Counted from the first letter of the stretch, positions 7,452 to 15,078 are shown. The stretch: 64,000 nt of DNA from Escherichia coli (GCA_022969815.1 GCA_022969815.1_4535.1); one strand, 5' to 3'. Program-made: numbers and translations. The notes: generated by a model from the letters alone, not told the origin.

Positions 7452-7733
7452 TTAACTATATGATCCACATCGTTCGCAGTAGTGATCATCGTCGTCATCT
7501 GCTACCTGGCTGATAAAGTGATCAACCTTTGATTTCAGGTTTTTATAGTCGTTTTCGACTTCCTGTAGTCGTCGCTGGTAATATTCCAGGGCTTGCACAT
7601 ATGCCGCTTGTTCGGTTTTCGCTTGCATTGCTAAATTCATGCCGCGCGTTTCATCATACAGCCAATACCCATCATTGCACCCGCTAATTGATAGTGTAGG
7701 GCTTAGTTTTTCGTGGCTGATTGCCTTGCTCAT
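7452..7733 (-). CDS. hypothetical early protein with C-terminal CxxC, 93 aa
   Basis: track start is GTG; in-frame ATG 7731-7733 with AAGGTGG SD chosen; coiled-coil-like middle. Confidence 0.55.
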   Translation of the reverse strand: MSKAISHEKLSPTLSISGCNDGYWLYDETRGMNLAMQAKTEQAAYVQALEYYQRRLQEVENDYKNLKSKVDHFISQVADDDDDHYCERCGSYS

Positions 7734-7743
7734 AGTGTCCACC

Positions 7744-7935
7744 TTACAAAATGACTACGTTATCTTTTTCGTGCAGTGTGGCGGTAATGTTGCGCCCTTT
7801 GTCGCACATTAGCGAGATCTTGCGGTGATGCGGTGGCACTTTCTCGATGTGCGCTACTGTCATTGTGATCCGGTGCAATTCTACTTTGTCACCTGCTTTC
7901 AATGTTGCTACGTTGCCAGTGATATTTTTAAACAT
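7744..7935 (-). CDS. hypothetical early protein, 63 aa
   Basis: in-frame ATG 7933-7935 with AAGGGG SD chosen over the longer track ORF. Confidence 0.5.
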   Translation of the reverse strand: MFKNITGNVATLKAGDKVELHRITMTVAHIEKVPPHHRKISLMCDKGRNITATLHEKDNVVIL

Positions 7936-7945
7936 GGTGCGCCCC

Positions 7946-8056
7946 TTACTTGAAAATGATTGTTGTGATAACTGCCACGGTGATCCAAAATGGAACAACC
8001 AAGATAATAGCGTTAATAGTTCCAACTGTCAAACTATTTTCTTTCTTGATCATCAT
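7946..8056 (-). CDS. small membrane peptide, 36 aa
   Basis: track ORF 7946..8176 starts with GTG inside hairpin E18; ATG 8054-8056 with AAGGA SD gives MMIKKENSLTVGTINAIILVVPFWITVAVITTIIFK. Confidence 0.3.
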   Translation of the reverse strand: MMIKKENSLTVGTINAIILVVPFWITVAVITTIIFK

Positions 8057-8169
8057 GTTTTCCTTACAGTGTCCAAAGAATGATTTCAAGTGCAGCACGG
8101 AAACCAGGAATAAAATTGATTGCAAAAAACAGGGAAGTAGTAGACATTTTTCTATCCTTTCAGTTGTGA

Positions 8170-8225
8170 GCGGCACCGTTGCCGCCCTATGAGTTAACTA
8201 TAAGTGATCACGTTTTACCTGTCAA
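8170..8225 (-). promoter_or_regulatory. early promoter-hairpin module E18
   Basis: hairpin GCGGCACCGTTGCCGC 8170-8185; -10 TTATAG (rc 8198-8203); -35 TTGACA (rc 8220-8225). Confidence 0.55.
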
Positions 8226-8779
8226 CCTAAATCATCAAAATAAAGATAATTTTTTTCGGCTTCTTTCTTCTCTTCCTGCGTTGCCTCAAAGACTGGGAGG
8301 AAGTGATCAAAGGCTATGCACTCAACCGCGTGATCGTCTTCCTCTTCCTGGTCTTCCTCCTGGGCTATGGCTGCAATTTTGGCCAATTTCCTTTCAGCCT
8401 GGATAAGCTTACCATCTAATACGCTTTTTGCAGTACTGTACGCCGTCCAGGTGATGCGCTTACTTTCGAGCGCGGCATCAAGCGCCGCTATCTTGCTGGG
8501 GTATTCATCCAGGACACGAAAAGCCGGATCTACCTTGTACAGCGGATTATCTTTCGCGCCGTCGCTATCATCTGCGGCGCTTGCAATGTCAGCGTTACCA
8601 TTCGCCAGCCAACCAGGGCGATCGCTGCGTGTTTTGGTATTCCCATGACTACGCGCCGATCTGTTGCCTACTTGCTCGCCACTATAACCAGGAGCGTGAT
8701 CGATCATGTCATCCGGTACAATACGCGGATCATTAGCGTCATGTTTTACCCAGGACTGGATCACATATTCGCGCCCCAT
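8222..8779 (-). CDS. hypothetical early protein with acidic patches, 185 aa
   Basis: ATG 8777-8779, AAGGGG SD; acidic run QEEDQEEEDD. Confidence 0.6.
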   Translation of the reverse strand: MGREYVIQSWVKHDANDPRIVPDDMIDHAPGYSGEQVGNRSARSHGNTKTRSDRPGWLANGNADIASAADDSDGAKDNPLYKVDPAFRVLDEYPSKIAALDAALESKRITWTAYSTAKSVLDGKLIQAERKLAKIAAIAQEEDQEEEDDHAVECIAFDHFLPVFEATQEEKKEAEKNYLYFDDLG

Positions 8780-9039
8780 TATACACCCCTTTTAACAATC
8801 ATTTCACACACAAAAAATAAACTGGCGGAATCACGGCAAGGGTAGAAAGATGTGCGATAATCTCTCACCCCTGCTTTTATGATCTCCGTGGTTTTACCTG
8901 ATAGCACATTGTAAATAGTGTAACTTGTCGGACTGTTTTTATATACCTTGCCAGGGTAGATCATAACATAACGAGCAAGGTTATAAAATTCCTCGTTACG
9001 AAAAGCTATGATCTTCCCGCATACCTTAAGAAAATGCAC
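8779..9039 (-). CDS. hypothetical early protein, 86 aa (GTG start)
   Basis: GTG 9037-9039 with AGGGGG SD; alternative ATG at 8962-8964 lacks an SD. Confidence 0.4.
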   Translation of the reverse strand: MHFLKVCGKIIAFRNEEFYNLARYVMIYPGKVYKNSPTSYTIYNVLSGKTTEIIKAGVRDYRTSFYPCRDSASLFFVCEMIVKRGV

Positions 9040-9048
9040 GTTAGCCCC

Positions 9049-9321
9049 CTACAGCAAAAAGTTTACTTGTCTTGCTGTTAATGTAGTATCAACCATCTTC
9101 GGGCTTTTATAATCCACAAAGCGCGCGGTTTTTTCAATAGCGAAACCGAGATAATCTTGCTTGTTGAAATTACATTCTTTCTTAAATGTCTCCCGTGCAA
9201 TGGCGATCGCTGCGTCCAGGGATAAACGCCCGTCAATATTGATATTAGCGAAAGATCCGCCACCGCTCATAGGTTTACCAGTTGTGCCCGTTACGATCAT
9301 TGTTGCGCTATATGATGCCAT
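9049..9321 (-). CDS. hypothetical early protein, 90 aa
   Basis: internal ATG 9319-9321 chosen; the longer track ORF runs into hairpin E19. Confidence 0.55.
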   Translation of the reverse strand: MASYSATMIVTGTTGKPMSGGGSFANINIDGRLSLDAAIAIARETFKKECNFNKQDYLGFAIEKTARFVDYKSPKMVDTTLTARQVNFLL

Positions 9322-9345
9322 GATGATAATCTCTCTTAGTTGTGA

Positions 9346-9405
9346 GCGGTGGACCATTCCGCCGCTCTACGTGATACATCTTATCAGGTTGTTGCCTGTT
9401 GTCAA
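9346..9405 (-). promoter_or_regulatory. early promoter-hairpin module E19
   Basis: hairpin 9346-9365; -10 TAAGAT (rc 9378-9383); -35 TTGACA (rc 9400-9405). Confidence 0.65.
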
Positions 9406-9411
9406 TACTTT

Positions 9412-9609
9412 TTATTCAAGCCCTACGATATGTAAGACACGGCGATCAGCCGTGGCGTGCTGGTCGTCTGTTATAACGCCCATTTCTACCAGGGAATCAA
9501 GGAAGGAAAGCACCGTGATATATTCGTCATCGGGTACACTCATTTCATTAGTACCGTTTACCACTACGCTGATTTGTCCTGCTTTCGCTACTATGTGCAA
9601 TGTTGCCAT
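9412..9609 (-). CDS. hypothetical early protein, 65 aa
   Basis: ATG 9607-9609, GGAG SD. Confidence 0.55.
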   Translation of the reverse strand: MATLHIVAKAGQISVVVNGTNEMSVPDDEYITVLSFLDSLVEMGVITDDQHATADRRVLHIVGLE

Positions 9610-9720
9610 GATCTTAACTCCAGGTGATGAATGATGTTTTTTGTTGGTGGACGGTGGATTATGGAGATCCTCACCTTTGCCCGTCCTACATTGCGCCCTC
9701 CTGTTGTTTATTGTCGTTGT

Positions 9721-9773
9721 GCCTCGCCCCCCTCGACAAGATGAATACTACGCTACCAGGTGCGGAACGTCAA
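9721..9773 (-). promoter_or_regulatory. early promoter E20 (variant leader, about 130-nt 5' UTR)
   Basis: -35 TTGACG (rc 9768-9773), 17-nt spacer, -10 TAGTAT (rc 9745-9750); GC-rich leader shares a motif with E3. Confidence 0.5.
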
Positions 9774-9844
9774 CCACTTTTTCAATCTTTTTTATTTTCT
9801 TTTTGCTTGCTATATATAAAGGAAAGGGCTATCATCTTTCTACC

Positions 9845-9860
9845 GCGCCAACCAGGGCGC
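9845..9860 (+). promoter_or_regulatory. GC hairpin in the leader of the rightward gene 9883..10149
   Basis: GCGCC-AACCAG-GGCGC just upstream of the SD; AT-rich promoter-like sequence at 9795-9836. Confidence 0.35.
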
Positions 9861-9882
9861 ACAACAAAGAAAGGGCGACACC

Positions 9883-10149
9883 ATGACAACTACTACATTA
9901 CACCTCATGCACTCGTTAGGCTGGCAAGGCGGCACGGTCCACCAGGTAGCAAGCGCAACGGGCTTAAAGGTTGAAACCGTTCTCAACCTGGGCGATCATA
10001 AAGTGGAAGAGATAGATCATTTTGATTCGTTCGCTGATGGTTATTTATGGGCTTGCAGTGGCGGCGGGGAAAGCAAGATACCGCCAGGGGCGCGGGGTGA
10101 TATGTATTTTTGGTTAGGCGTTCTTGCCTGGCAAGAAGACAAAAAATAG
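9883..10149 (+). CDS. hypothetical protein, 88 aa (lone rightward gene)
   Basis: ATG 9883, AAGGG SD; divergent from the early array. Confidence 0.45.
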   Translation: MTTTTLHLMHSLGWQGGTVHQVASATGLKVETVLNLGDHKVEEIDHFDSFADGYLWACSGGGESKIPPGARGDMYFWLGVLAWQEDKK

Positions 10150-10151
10150 TC

Positions 10152-10180
10152 TTGACAAGCCCAGGGATCGGGCTTATACT
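10152..10180 (+). promoter_or_regulatory. strong sigma70-type promoter reading into the non-coding region
   Basis: -35 TTGACA 10152-10157, 17-nt spacer, -10 TATACT 10175-10180; no ORF with a start codon downstream for more than 100 nt. Confidence 0.7.
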
Positions 10181-10186
10181 GTTTTA

Positions 10187-10285
10187 CATACAGAAGAGGA
10201 AGCGCCACCCCCACGGCGTAAAGGCGGGGCTAACATACCAGGGGCACCGGTTGGAAGGTCGATCGCCGGGAGGCTGGGCGCTATA
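10187..10285 (+). ncRNA. candidate structured GC-rich transcript
   Basis: about 65% GC with complementary runs (GCGCCACCCCC, GGCGGGG, CCGG-N-CCGG) downstream of the 10152 promoter; 3' end undefined. Confidence 0.3.
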
Positions 10286-10400
10286 TATTTGTAAAGAAAT
10301 GTAAAGATAAAATAATCGCTTGCTTTCCTGGCTGGATCTGTTATTCTTATTACATGGCGAGGGGACACGGGAGCGCGAGATAATCACCGGACCTGCCCGT

Positions 10401-10640
10401 CATTCTCTAAATGAGAATGATTATCATTTACCTTATTGAATAAAAATCAATCTTATTTGGATAGTTGAATGAGAATCAATCTCATTCGCAAGGTGAGAAT
10501 AAATCTCATTTACGCTATTGAATGCGAATCATTCGTATTTACCATGTTGAATGAGAATCATTATCATTTCCGATGCGAAATGAGAATCATTATCATTCTC
10601 ATTCGTATTTCGATTTTAAGTGAGAATAATTCTCATTTCG
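10401..10640. repeat. array of about 7 inverted repeats on GAGAAT/ATTCTC and AATGAG/CTCATT half-sites
   Basis: CATTCTC-TAAAT-GAGAATG (10401-10419), AATGAGAAT-N7-ATTCTCATT, GAGAATAATTCTC (10622-10634) and others. Confidence 0.7.
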
Positions 10641-10653
10641 GTAATTTTCACGC

Positions 10654-10711
10654 AAACTTTAGAATTTGCTTTTCAACTTTCACTTTTGTAAAAGCAAAAA
10701 AACTTTAAATA
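10654..10711. repeat. 58-bp direct repeat, copy R1
   Basis: AAACTTTAGAATTTG...TTTTGTAAA...TTTAAATA, about 80% identical to R2. Confidence 0.7.
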
Positions 10712-10757
10712 CCTGGTGCGCGCGACTTTTTTAAAAATTTTTCTCGGTTTTTTTGTT

Positions 10758-10787
10758 TTGCAATCTGGTCCACCCATTTGAGATAAT
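10758..10787 (+). promoter_or_regulatory. extended -10 promoter
   Basis: -35 TTGCAA 10758-10763, 18-nt spacer, TGaGATAAT 10779-10787; predicted start at the beginning of R2. Confidence 0.45.
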
Positions 10788-10793
10788 GTGTGT

Positions 10794-10851
10794 AAACTTT
10801 AGAATTTGGTTTTGGATTCTCGTTTTTGTAAACTCATAAAAAGTTTAAATA
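10794..10851. repeat. 58-bp direct repeat, copy R2
   Basis: second copy of the R1 unit. Confidence 0.7.
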
Positions 10852-10888
10852 ATTGTAGGGATTTTTGAGATAGTTTGCTTGTAAGATT

Positions 10889-10897
10889 TGAGATAAT
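10889..10897 (+). promoter_or_regulatory. second copy of the extended -10 element ATTTGAGATAAT
   Basis: TGaGATAAT 10889-10897, weak -35; predicted start near 10904. Confidence 0.35.
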
Positions 10898-10903
10898 CTT
10901 TCC

Positions 10904-11006
10904 TGAAGATGCTACGCAGCCTACAACCTACCTGAATGCTCGTCTAACGAGGTTAACTCTAAAAGATGAGTGTTGGTGTAGCTAAAGAGAAAAGGCTCTC
11001 TACGGA
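10904..11006 (+). ncRNA. candidate small RNA, about 100 nt
   Basis: bounded by the extended -10 at 10889-10897 and a terminator; 10-bp inner stem CCTACAACCT/AGGTTGTAGG. Confidence 0.3.
10971..11006. terminator. bidirectional intrinsic terminator
   Basis: AAAA-GGCTC-loop-GAGCC-TTTTT; ends the leftward NADAR operon and the candidate rightward small RNA. Confidence 0.55.
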
Positions 11007-11090
11007 GGTTGTAGGAGCCTTTTTCTGTGGCACAAAGTTGACGTATTCTTTTTAAAAACGAATTTTTTCAAAATATCACGAATATCGCCT

Positions 11091-11618
11091 TTATGGTATT
11101 TTGGCTGGGAACAGGATTTTAATCAGATTGTTGTGGTATTGTCCTAAAAGATTCTGCCCTTTCCAGTTGGCAGGATTAAGCACCCCTGGTTCGTACATAC
11201 CCATTCCAATTCCGTAAACCTTATCATAAGGACTCGCCTCAACGAACGTTTTGAATTGGTACAGTCGCAAGTCAGAGTAAAGATCAGGGTTCTGTGTATA
11301 CTTCAAGCATAAGCCTCGCATTACGATACGCTCTCGGTACTCTTCCCACATGTCATTATTAAAACCAGACACCGCTCGACCCATACGCTTGTAGTATGCC
11401 TGTCCCTTCTCGTCGTCACGCTTCATTGAGTGATCAATGATAGCTGCTGCGATTACCTGATCCTTGAACAGCAAAGCCTTACGCCACATCATGTATTGCT
11501 CTACACAACAGAAAGTCTCACTGTATCCTGGTTCCGTCTCTGTGAATGGTGCAATGTACCAATTGCTAAACACATCTTTATGTGAAAAGAAGAATACATA
11601 TTCATCAGTTATTCGCAT
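11091..11618 (-). CDS. NADAR (YbiA-like) family protein, 175 aa
   Basis: ATG 11616-11618; resemblance to the NADAR/YbiA family over blocks FSNWY, SETFCCVEQYMMWRKALLF, DMWEEYRERIVMRGLCLKYTQNPDL, GIGMG, GQNLLGQ. Confidence 0.7.
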   Translation of the reverse strand: MRITDEYVFFFSHKDVFSNWYIAPFTETEPGYSETFCCVEQYMMWRKALLFKDQVIAAAIIDHSMKRDDEKGQAYYKRMGRAVSGFNNDMWEEYRERIVMRGLCLKYTQNPDLYSDLRLYQFKTFVEASPYDKVYGIGMGMYEPGVLNPANWKGQNLLGQYHNNLIKILFPAKIP

Positions 11619-11793
11619 TTTTCATACCTCTTAAGACTTCAGCTTGCCCGTCTTGAAAAGCTTTCATCAGAACTATCTTAAGATTGACTTCCAAGCGTTC
11701 TTCATCCTCTTTATAACAATCCAACACTGCCTTAAGTTCATCATAGTGGTTCAGAATAGGTTTAAAGATTTCATGATCTGCTAAACGTGCCAT
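11605..11793 (-). CDS. hypothetical protein, 62 aa
   Basis: internal ATG 11791-11793 with AAAGGAG SD chosen. Confidence 0.45.
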   Translation of the reverse strand: MARLADHEIFKPILNHYDELKAVLDCYKEDEERLEVNLKIVLMKAFQDGQAEVLRGMKNANN

Positions 11794-11806
11794 AGTTTCT
11801 CCTTTG

Positions 11807-12172
11807 TTAGTCCATCCACCAGTAGCCATAAACTGCGTCTGCGTCGATGAGTTTGTGTTTGTTGTTCCGCATGTAGTCTAAGATAAGTAGACGTTTATTG
11901 TATCTGGAGAGATTATGACCCTCTTTTCCGCCATAGTCAAAATATTTTGCAAGATCTTTACACTCAAACAAAATCAGTTCGGGAGTTTCTTCACATTGAT
12001 CTGTCTGGTACACTTGACGGATGATCATGTATACATCATCGTCTTCCGCTAAATGCTCTACTGGTCCACATCCAGCAGGAACAAATTCATAGTCCCATCG
12101 AATCAGATGTTTCTCTACTGCTTCAAAGAAATCCATTTTTTCGTTACGCATGATCTGAACATCAACTAACAT
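11807..12172 (-). CDS. hypothetical protein, 121 aa
   Basis: ATG 12170-12172, GGAGG SD. Confidence 0.55.
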   Translation of the reverse strand: MLVDVQIMRNEKMDFFEAVEKHLIRWDYEFVPAGCGPVEHLAEDDDVYMIIRQVYQTDQCEETPELILFECKDLAKYFDYGGKEGHNLSRYNKRLLILDYMRNNKHKLIDADAVYGYWWMD

Positions 12173-12194
12173 AATTTTCCTCCATATGTGAGAA

Positions 12195-12212
12195 ATGCCC
12201 CTTGCGGGGCAT
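12195..12212 (-). terminator. intergenic hairpin, candidate attenuator
   Basis: ATGCCCC-TTGC-GGGGCAT between the ATPase gene and the next gene; weak U tract. Confidence 0.4.
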
Positions 12213-12217
12213 CTTTA

Positions 12218-13357
12218 TTAGAACACACTGCTCAGTGTTGCTGATCGTGTAGTTGTTGGCTCCAGAACTACGCGGAACGTATCTCCAGGTTTATCGCTCA
12301 CTACTACAATCTTACCACCCTCGATCAGGTCACACTTCAAACCTTCGGCAGTAGCTTTCAGGTCGATGCGTGGATCACCATCATCATCCAGGATGACGTA
12401 GCTGCTATCTTCGAGAGGCTCCAGTTCTTCGTCCTTCACTGCTTCCAGGTAGATGTTCAGTTCACATGCACCCGACAAGAACTTGGTAGGAGTGAACTCA
12501 TGCCAGTTGTTGACCCAGTTAGGCTTGATAGCTTTACCGTTGACAACAATAGAGCTAATCGTCCAGCGTGCATCGTTACCCAGAGAGATACCCATCATCT
12601 CCAGACAGGTCTTGAACGTCATTTTCGGATAGAAGTTTAACTCTTCTACGATCCCTTGAATAACATCGAAAGACAGTTCAGTGCTAACATCCCACAAACG
12701 TTGGAAGCTTTCAACATGTTTGCGATTCTTCAGATTCTTATCCAGGTAGTCCAGCATAGTTTCAATAGACAGTTTGTCGTAGTTGAAGCTATAGAAGATA
12801 CGGCTCGGACGGTTGACGAAGTATTCCGAGATGTATCCGCTGTTCTTTGTCAGCATGAACAGTTTGTTACCGCTACCTGTGCCATCCAGCAGAGTCAGCA
12901 GTGCTTCCTGATCTTCCTTCTTGGAATACACTTTGTCGAACTCATCGAACAGTACTACTGCGCGTTCAGAGATTTTACTCATGAACTCCAGGAAGTTGGC
13001 ATCAGAATATGGCTGCGTTACCAGAATAGTTGGGATTCCCAGGTCTTCCGCTTCCAACAGAGTGTTACTGATCAGTTTTGCCAGCATTGTCTTGCCACTG
13101 CCTTTTGTACCCGACAACAGGACACCTGTGTTCTTACCTTCTTTACTACGACGAGCGAAGGTACGGATAACGTGGGCTGCACGTTCTTTGGTTTCCCCGT
13201 ACAGGCGATCAGGAATCGTGAACTTATCAGCACGACTAAGAGAGTAGTTACCATGTGGATCACAATTGACAGTCCAAACGCCAGCGGGGAGTTTATCAAC
13301 CTCTACACCGAAGTCTTTATTAACAATAGCAACATCCCCGTACACTGTGTATTTCAT
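12218..13357 (-). CDS. P-loop NTPase (AAA-like), 379 aa
   Basis: Walker A GTKGSGKT, Walker B VVLFDEFD; ATG 13355-13357, GAGGAG SD. Confidence 0.75.
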   Translation of the reverse strand: MKYTVYGDVAIVNKDFGVEVDKLPAGVWTVNCDPHGNYSLSRADKFTIPDRLYGETKERAAHVIRTFARRSKEGKNTGVLLSGTKGSGKTMLAKLISNTLLEAEDLGIPTILVTQPYSDANFLEFMSKISERAVVLFDEFDKVYSKKEDQEALLTLLDGTGSGNKLFMLTKNSGYISEYFVNRPSRIFYSFNYDKLSIETMLDYLDKNLKNRKHVESFQRLWDVSTELSFDVIQGIVEELNFYPKMTFKTCLEMMGISLGNDARWTISSIVVNGKAIKPNWVNNWHEFTPTKFLSGACELNIYLEAVKDEELEPLEDSSYVILDDDGDPRIDLKATAEGLKCDLIEGGKIVVVSDKPGDTFRVVLEPTTTRSATLSSVF

Positions 13358-13382
13358 TTAATCTCTCCTCTTCTGTTGGAAT

Positions 13383-13417
13383 AGACGTATTATCTCTTGT
13401 CTAATACGTCTTGTCAA
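13383..13417 (-). promoter_or_regulatory. promoter with operator-like palindrome for the ATPase gene
   Basis: -35 TTGACA (rc 13412-13417), 17-nt spacer, -10 GATAAT (rc 13389-13394); 10-bp inverted repeat AGACGTATTA/TAATACGTCT 13383-13411. Confidence 0.55.
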
Positions 13418-13425
13418 TACTTATT

Positions 13426-13785
13426 TTAGATCCCTTCGCCTTTAGTGATGATAGCTTCCATCACCACAGCTTTCTTCTTCTGTTGAACATCTTGACGGAT
13501 CAGGAGGCTACCGCCTTGATCATCCTTATACTGCTTCATGATGATGAAGTTGTTGCCACACACAGCGCCGATAGCCACGTATGGGCGATTAGAGTTATCC
13601 ACATCCACAGATGGGGTTACATCCGTGCAAGTAAAGAACTTGCCATCAGGATCAGTATAAGCAAAGTGGCCTTTAGCAGTTACTGCAACTTCTCCAGTGC
13701 TTGTGGACTGTGCAGCCACAAACGGTGCAGCAGATGCTACGAAACTTGCAGACAGCAGGGCTACAGCTAAAATAATCTTTTTCAT
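13426..13785 (-). CDS. secreted or periplasmic protein, 119 aa
   Basis: N-terminal signal peptide MKKIILAVALLSASFVASAAP; ATG 13783-13785. Confidence 0.6.
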   Translation of the reverse strand: MKKIILAVALLSASFVASAAPFVAAQSTSTGEVAVTAKGHFAYTDPDGKFFTCTDVTPSVDVDNSNRPYVAIGAVCGNNFIIMKQYKDDQGGSLLIRQDVQQKKKAVVMEAIITKGEGI

Positions 13786-13797
13786 GGTGATCTCCTC

Positions 13798-13959
13798 TTA
13801 TTCCAACAACATACACAATGCAGCTACAACCAAGAACAGAGTAGCCACGCTTAAAGCGATAAACATTCCTAATTGAGAATGAAATTCGCCTATGATAGGT
13901 GCAGACAACGCACTTAGCAAACAACCTGTCAAACTTGATTTGATAATAAGATCTAACAT
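13798..13959 (-). CDS. small membrane protein, 53 aa (not in ORF track)
   Basis: ATG 13957-13959, AGGAGG SD; reads MLDLIIKSSLTGCLLSALSAPIIGEFHSQLGMFIALSVATLFLVVAALCMLLE; replaces the overlapping track ORF 13673..13924. Confidence 0.45.
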   Translation of the reverse strand: MLDLIIKSSLTGCLLSALSAPIIGEFHSQLGMFIALSVATLFLVVAALCMLLE

Positions 13960-13967
13960 ATTACCTC

Positions 13968-14219
13968 CTACAATTCCACAATAGTTTTATCTAAGTGGTG
14001 TGCCTCAACTTGAGATAAGGTTAGCACTTCAACCAAACCTCTGTCAATGCCTAATTTGATCACTTGCAAATAATCACCGAAAAGATCAGAGATTTCAATC
14101 TGGTGTTCAGTAACCACCACGACCTCGTTACCCTTGGTATACTCTCTCCAGATTCGTCCACACTTGTAAATGAAATCTTTCTGGTCTTCACTGATCATCT
14201 TAGGCTTAACGCTTAACAT
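13968..14219 (-). CDS. hypothetical protein, 83 aa
   Basis: ATG 14217-14219. Confidence 0.5.
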   Translation of the reverse strand: MLSVKPKMISEDQKDFIYKCGRIWREYTKGNEVVVVTEHQIEISDLFGDYLQVIKLGIDRGLVEVLTLSQVEAHHLDKTIVEL

Positions 14220-14557
14220 TACATACTCCCGTAGTCTGGTTCAATATGGTGTTTACGACAAACAGCATCCCAACGTTCACTACCGAAACCCCGTCCGTGT
14301 AGTGCATCGTATGCGAAATGTTCTGCCAACCACAATACTACACCATCCGGTTCAGTGTCAAGAGGAATTCGAAATTCTCGATCATAACGCATACGGAGAA
14401 CAAACTCATTACCGTCTTCCAGGAGATGCATGTGACTTTTCGCTCGTGATGCTAAGTCAAAGAAAGGTGCCTCATCTTTCCAAGCTTGACGTTCAACCTC
14501 GATACCATGATCAACTACCAGAGTAGCGATCACATCTCTCATTTCTTTACTAAACAT
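14219..14557 (-). CDS. hypothetical protein, 112 aa
   Basis: ATG 14555-14557, GGAGGA SD. Confidence 0.55.
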   Translation of the reverse strand: MFSKEMRDVIATLVVDHGIEVERQAWKDEAPFFDLASRAKSHMHLLEDGNEFVLRMRYDREFRIPLDTEPDGVVLWLAEHFAYDALHGRGFGSERWDAVCRKHHIEPDYGSM

Positions 14558-14566
14558 ATTTCCTCC

Positions 14567-14743
14567 TTAACTAATTAGTTGAACTGCCTTGCAGATGTAA
14601 ATCCAAACAGGACTAAGCATAAGAGCTATACCGAATGTACAAGCCCACTTAATTCCCATATTCTCTATTAGAGACATGATTAAGCCAACAGCATTAATAA
14701 CCAGATAAATCCCTAAGAAAACCACTGTAAAAAATTCAGACAT
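14567..14743 (-). CDS. small membrane protein, 58 aa
   Basis: track start is GTG; ATG 14741-14743 chosen; two hydrophobic segments. Confidence 0.5.
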   Translation of the reverse strand: MSEFFTVVFLGIYLVINAVGLIMSLIENMGIKWACTFGIALMLSPVWIYICKAVQLIS

Positions 14744-14745
14744 AG

Positions 14746-15078
14746 TTAGCTCCACAAGTTATGAAAGTATTCAGCAAACAGGCAACGACCTTCCATTTTA
14801 TCTGTTTTGGTCATAACTGATTCAGGTTTAAAACCTTCGATCATTTGATCAATAATGGATAACCACTCCACTGTAGCTTCCCGCTCCTGCTCTTCTGTTA
14901 GTTTACGGTAATCTGACACATATTTAGCCCAAATCTTAGATGGGATAAGGATATCCCCTCGTTCTACAATACGCGCCTTGAACGCACACAGTCCAGCACA
15001 GATAATCGCGGAGAACGTATCGTCCAGGTCTTGCAGATCTTCTACGTCAAACTGTAATTCATCATGGATAAGTTTCAT
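14746..15078 (-). CDS. hypothetical protein, 110 aa
   Basis: ATG 15076-15078, GAGGAG SD. Confidence 0.55.
   Translation of the reverse strand: MKLIHDELQFDVEDLQDLDDTFSAIICAGLCAFKARIVERGDILIPSKIWAKYVSDYRKLTEEQEREATVEWLSIIDQMIEGFKPESVMTKTDKMEGRCLFAEYFHNLWS

Noticed and set aside
40-9800. Periodic repeated GC hairpins as a possible CRISPR array
   Set aside because: The repeats are 250-450 bp apart, fall into four sequence families, are each tied to a -35/-10 promoter and separated by protein-coding genes.
40-9800. Hairpin promoters of an N4-like virion RNA polymerase, or T7-like single-subunit RNAP promoters
   Set aside because: Each hairpin is preceded by a canonical sigma70 -35/-10 pair with proper spacing, and no large RNAP gene is in the window.
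10187-10290. A tRNA gene in the GC-rich segment downstream of the 10152 promoter
   Set aside because: No cloverleaf could be built: no GTTCRANNC T-loop and no 7-bp acceptor stem. Kept only as a low-confidence structured RNA.
12656-13384. Long antisense ORFs in the track (for example 12656..13384 +, 700..1023 +, 9161..9634 +, 25030..25545 -, 27344..28162 -, 30479..31018 -, 44428..44859 -)
   Set aside because: They lie opposite genes with recognisable motifs or operon punctuation, lack SD sequences and have low-complexity, Cys/His-rich compositions typical of out-of-frame translation.
13673-13924. Track ORF 13673..13924 (-)
   Set aside because: It overlaps the signal-peptide gene 13426..13785 and is better explained by the 53-aa membrane ORF 13798..13959, which has a strong AGGAGG SD.
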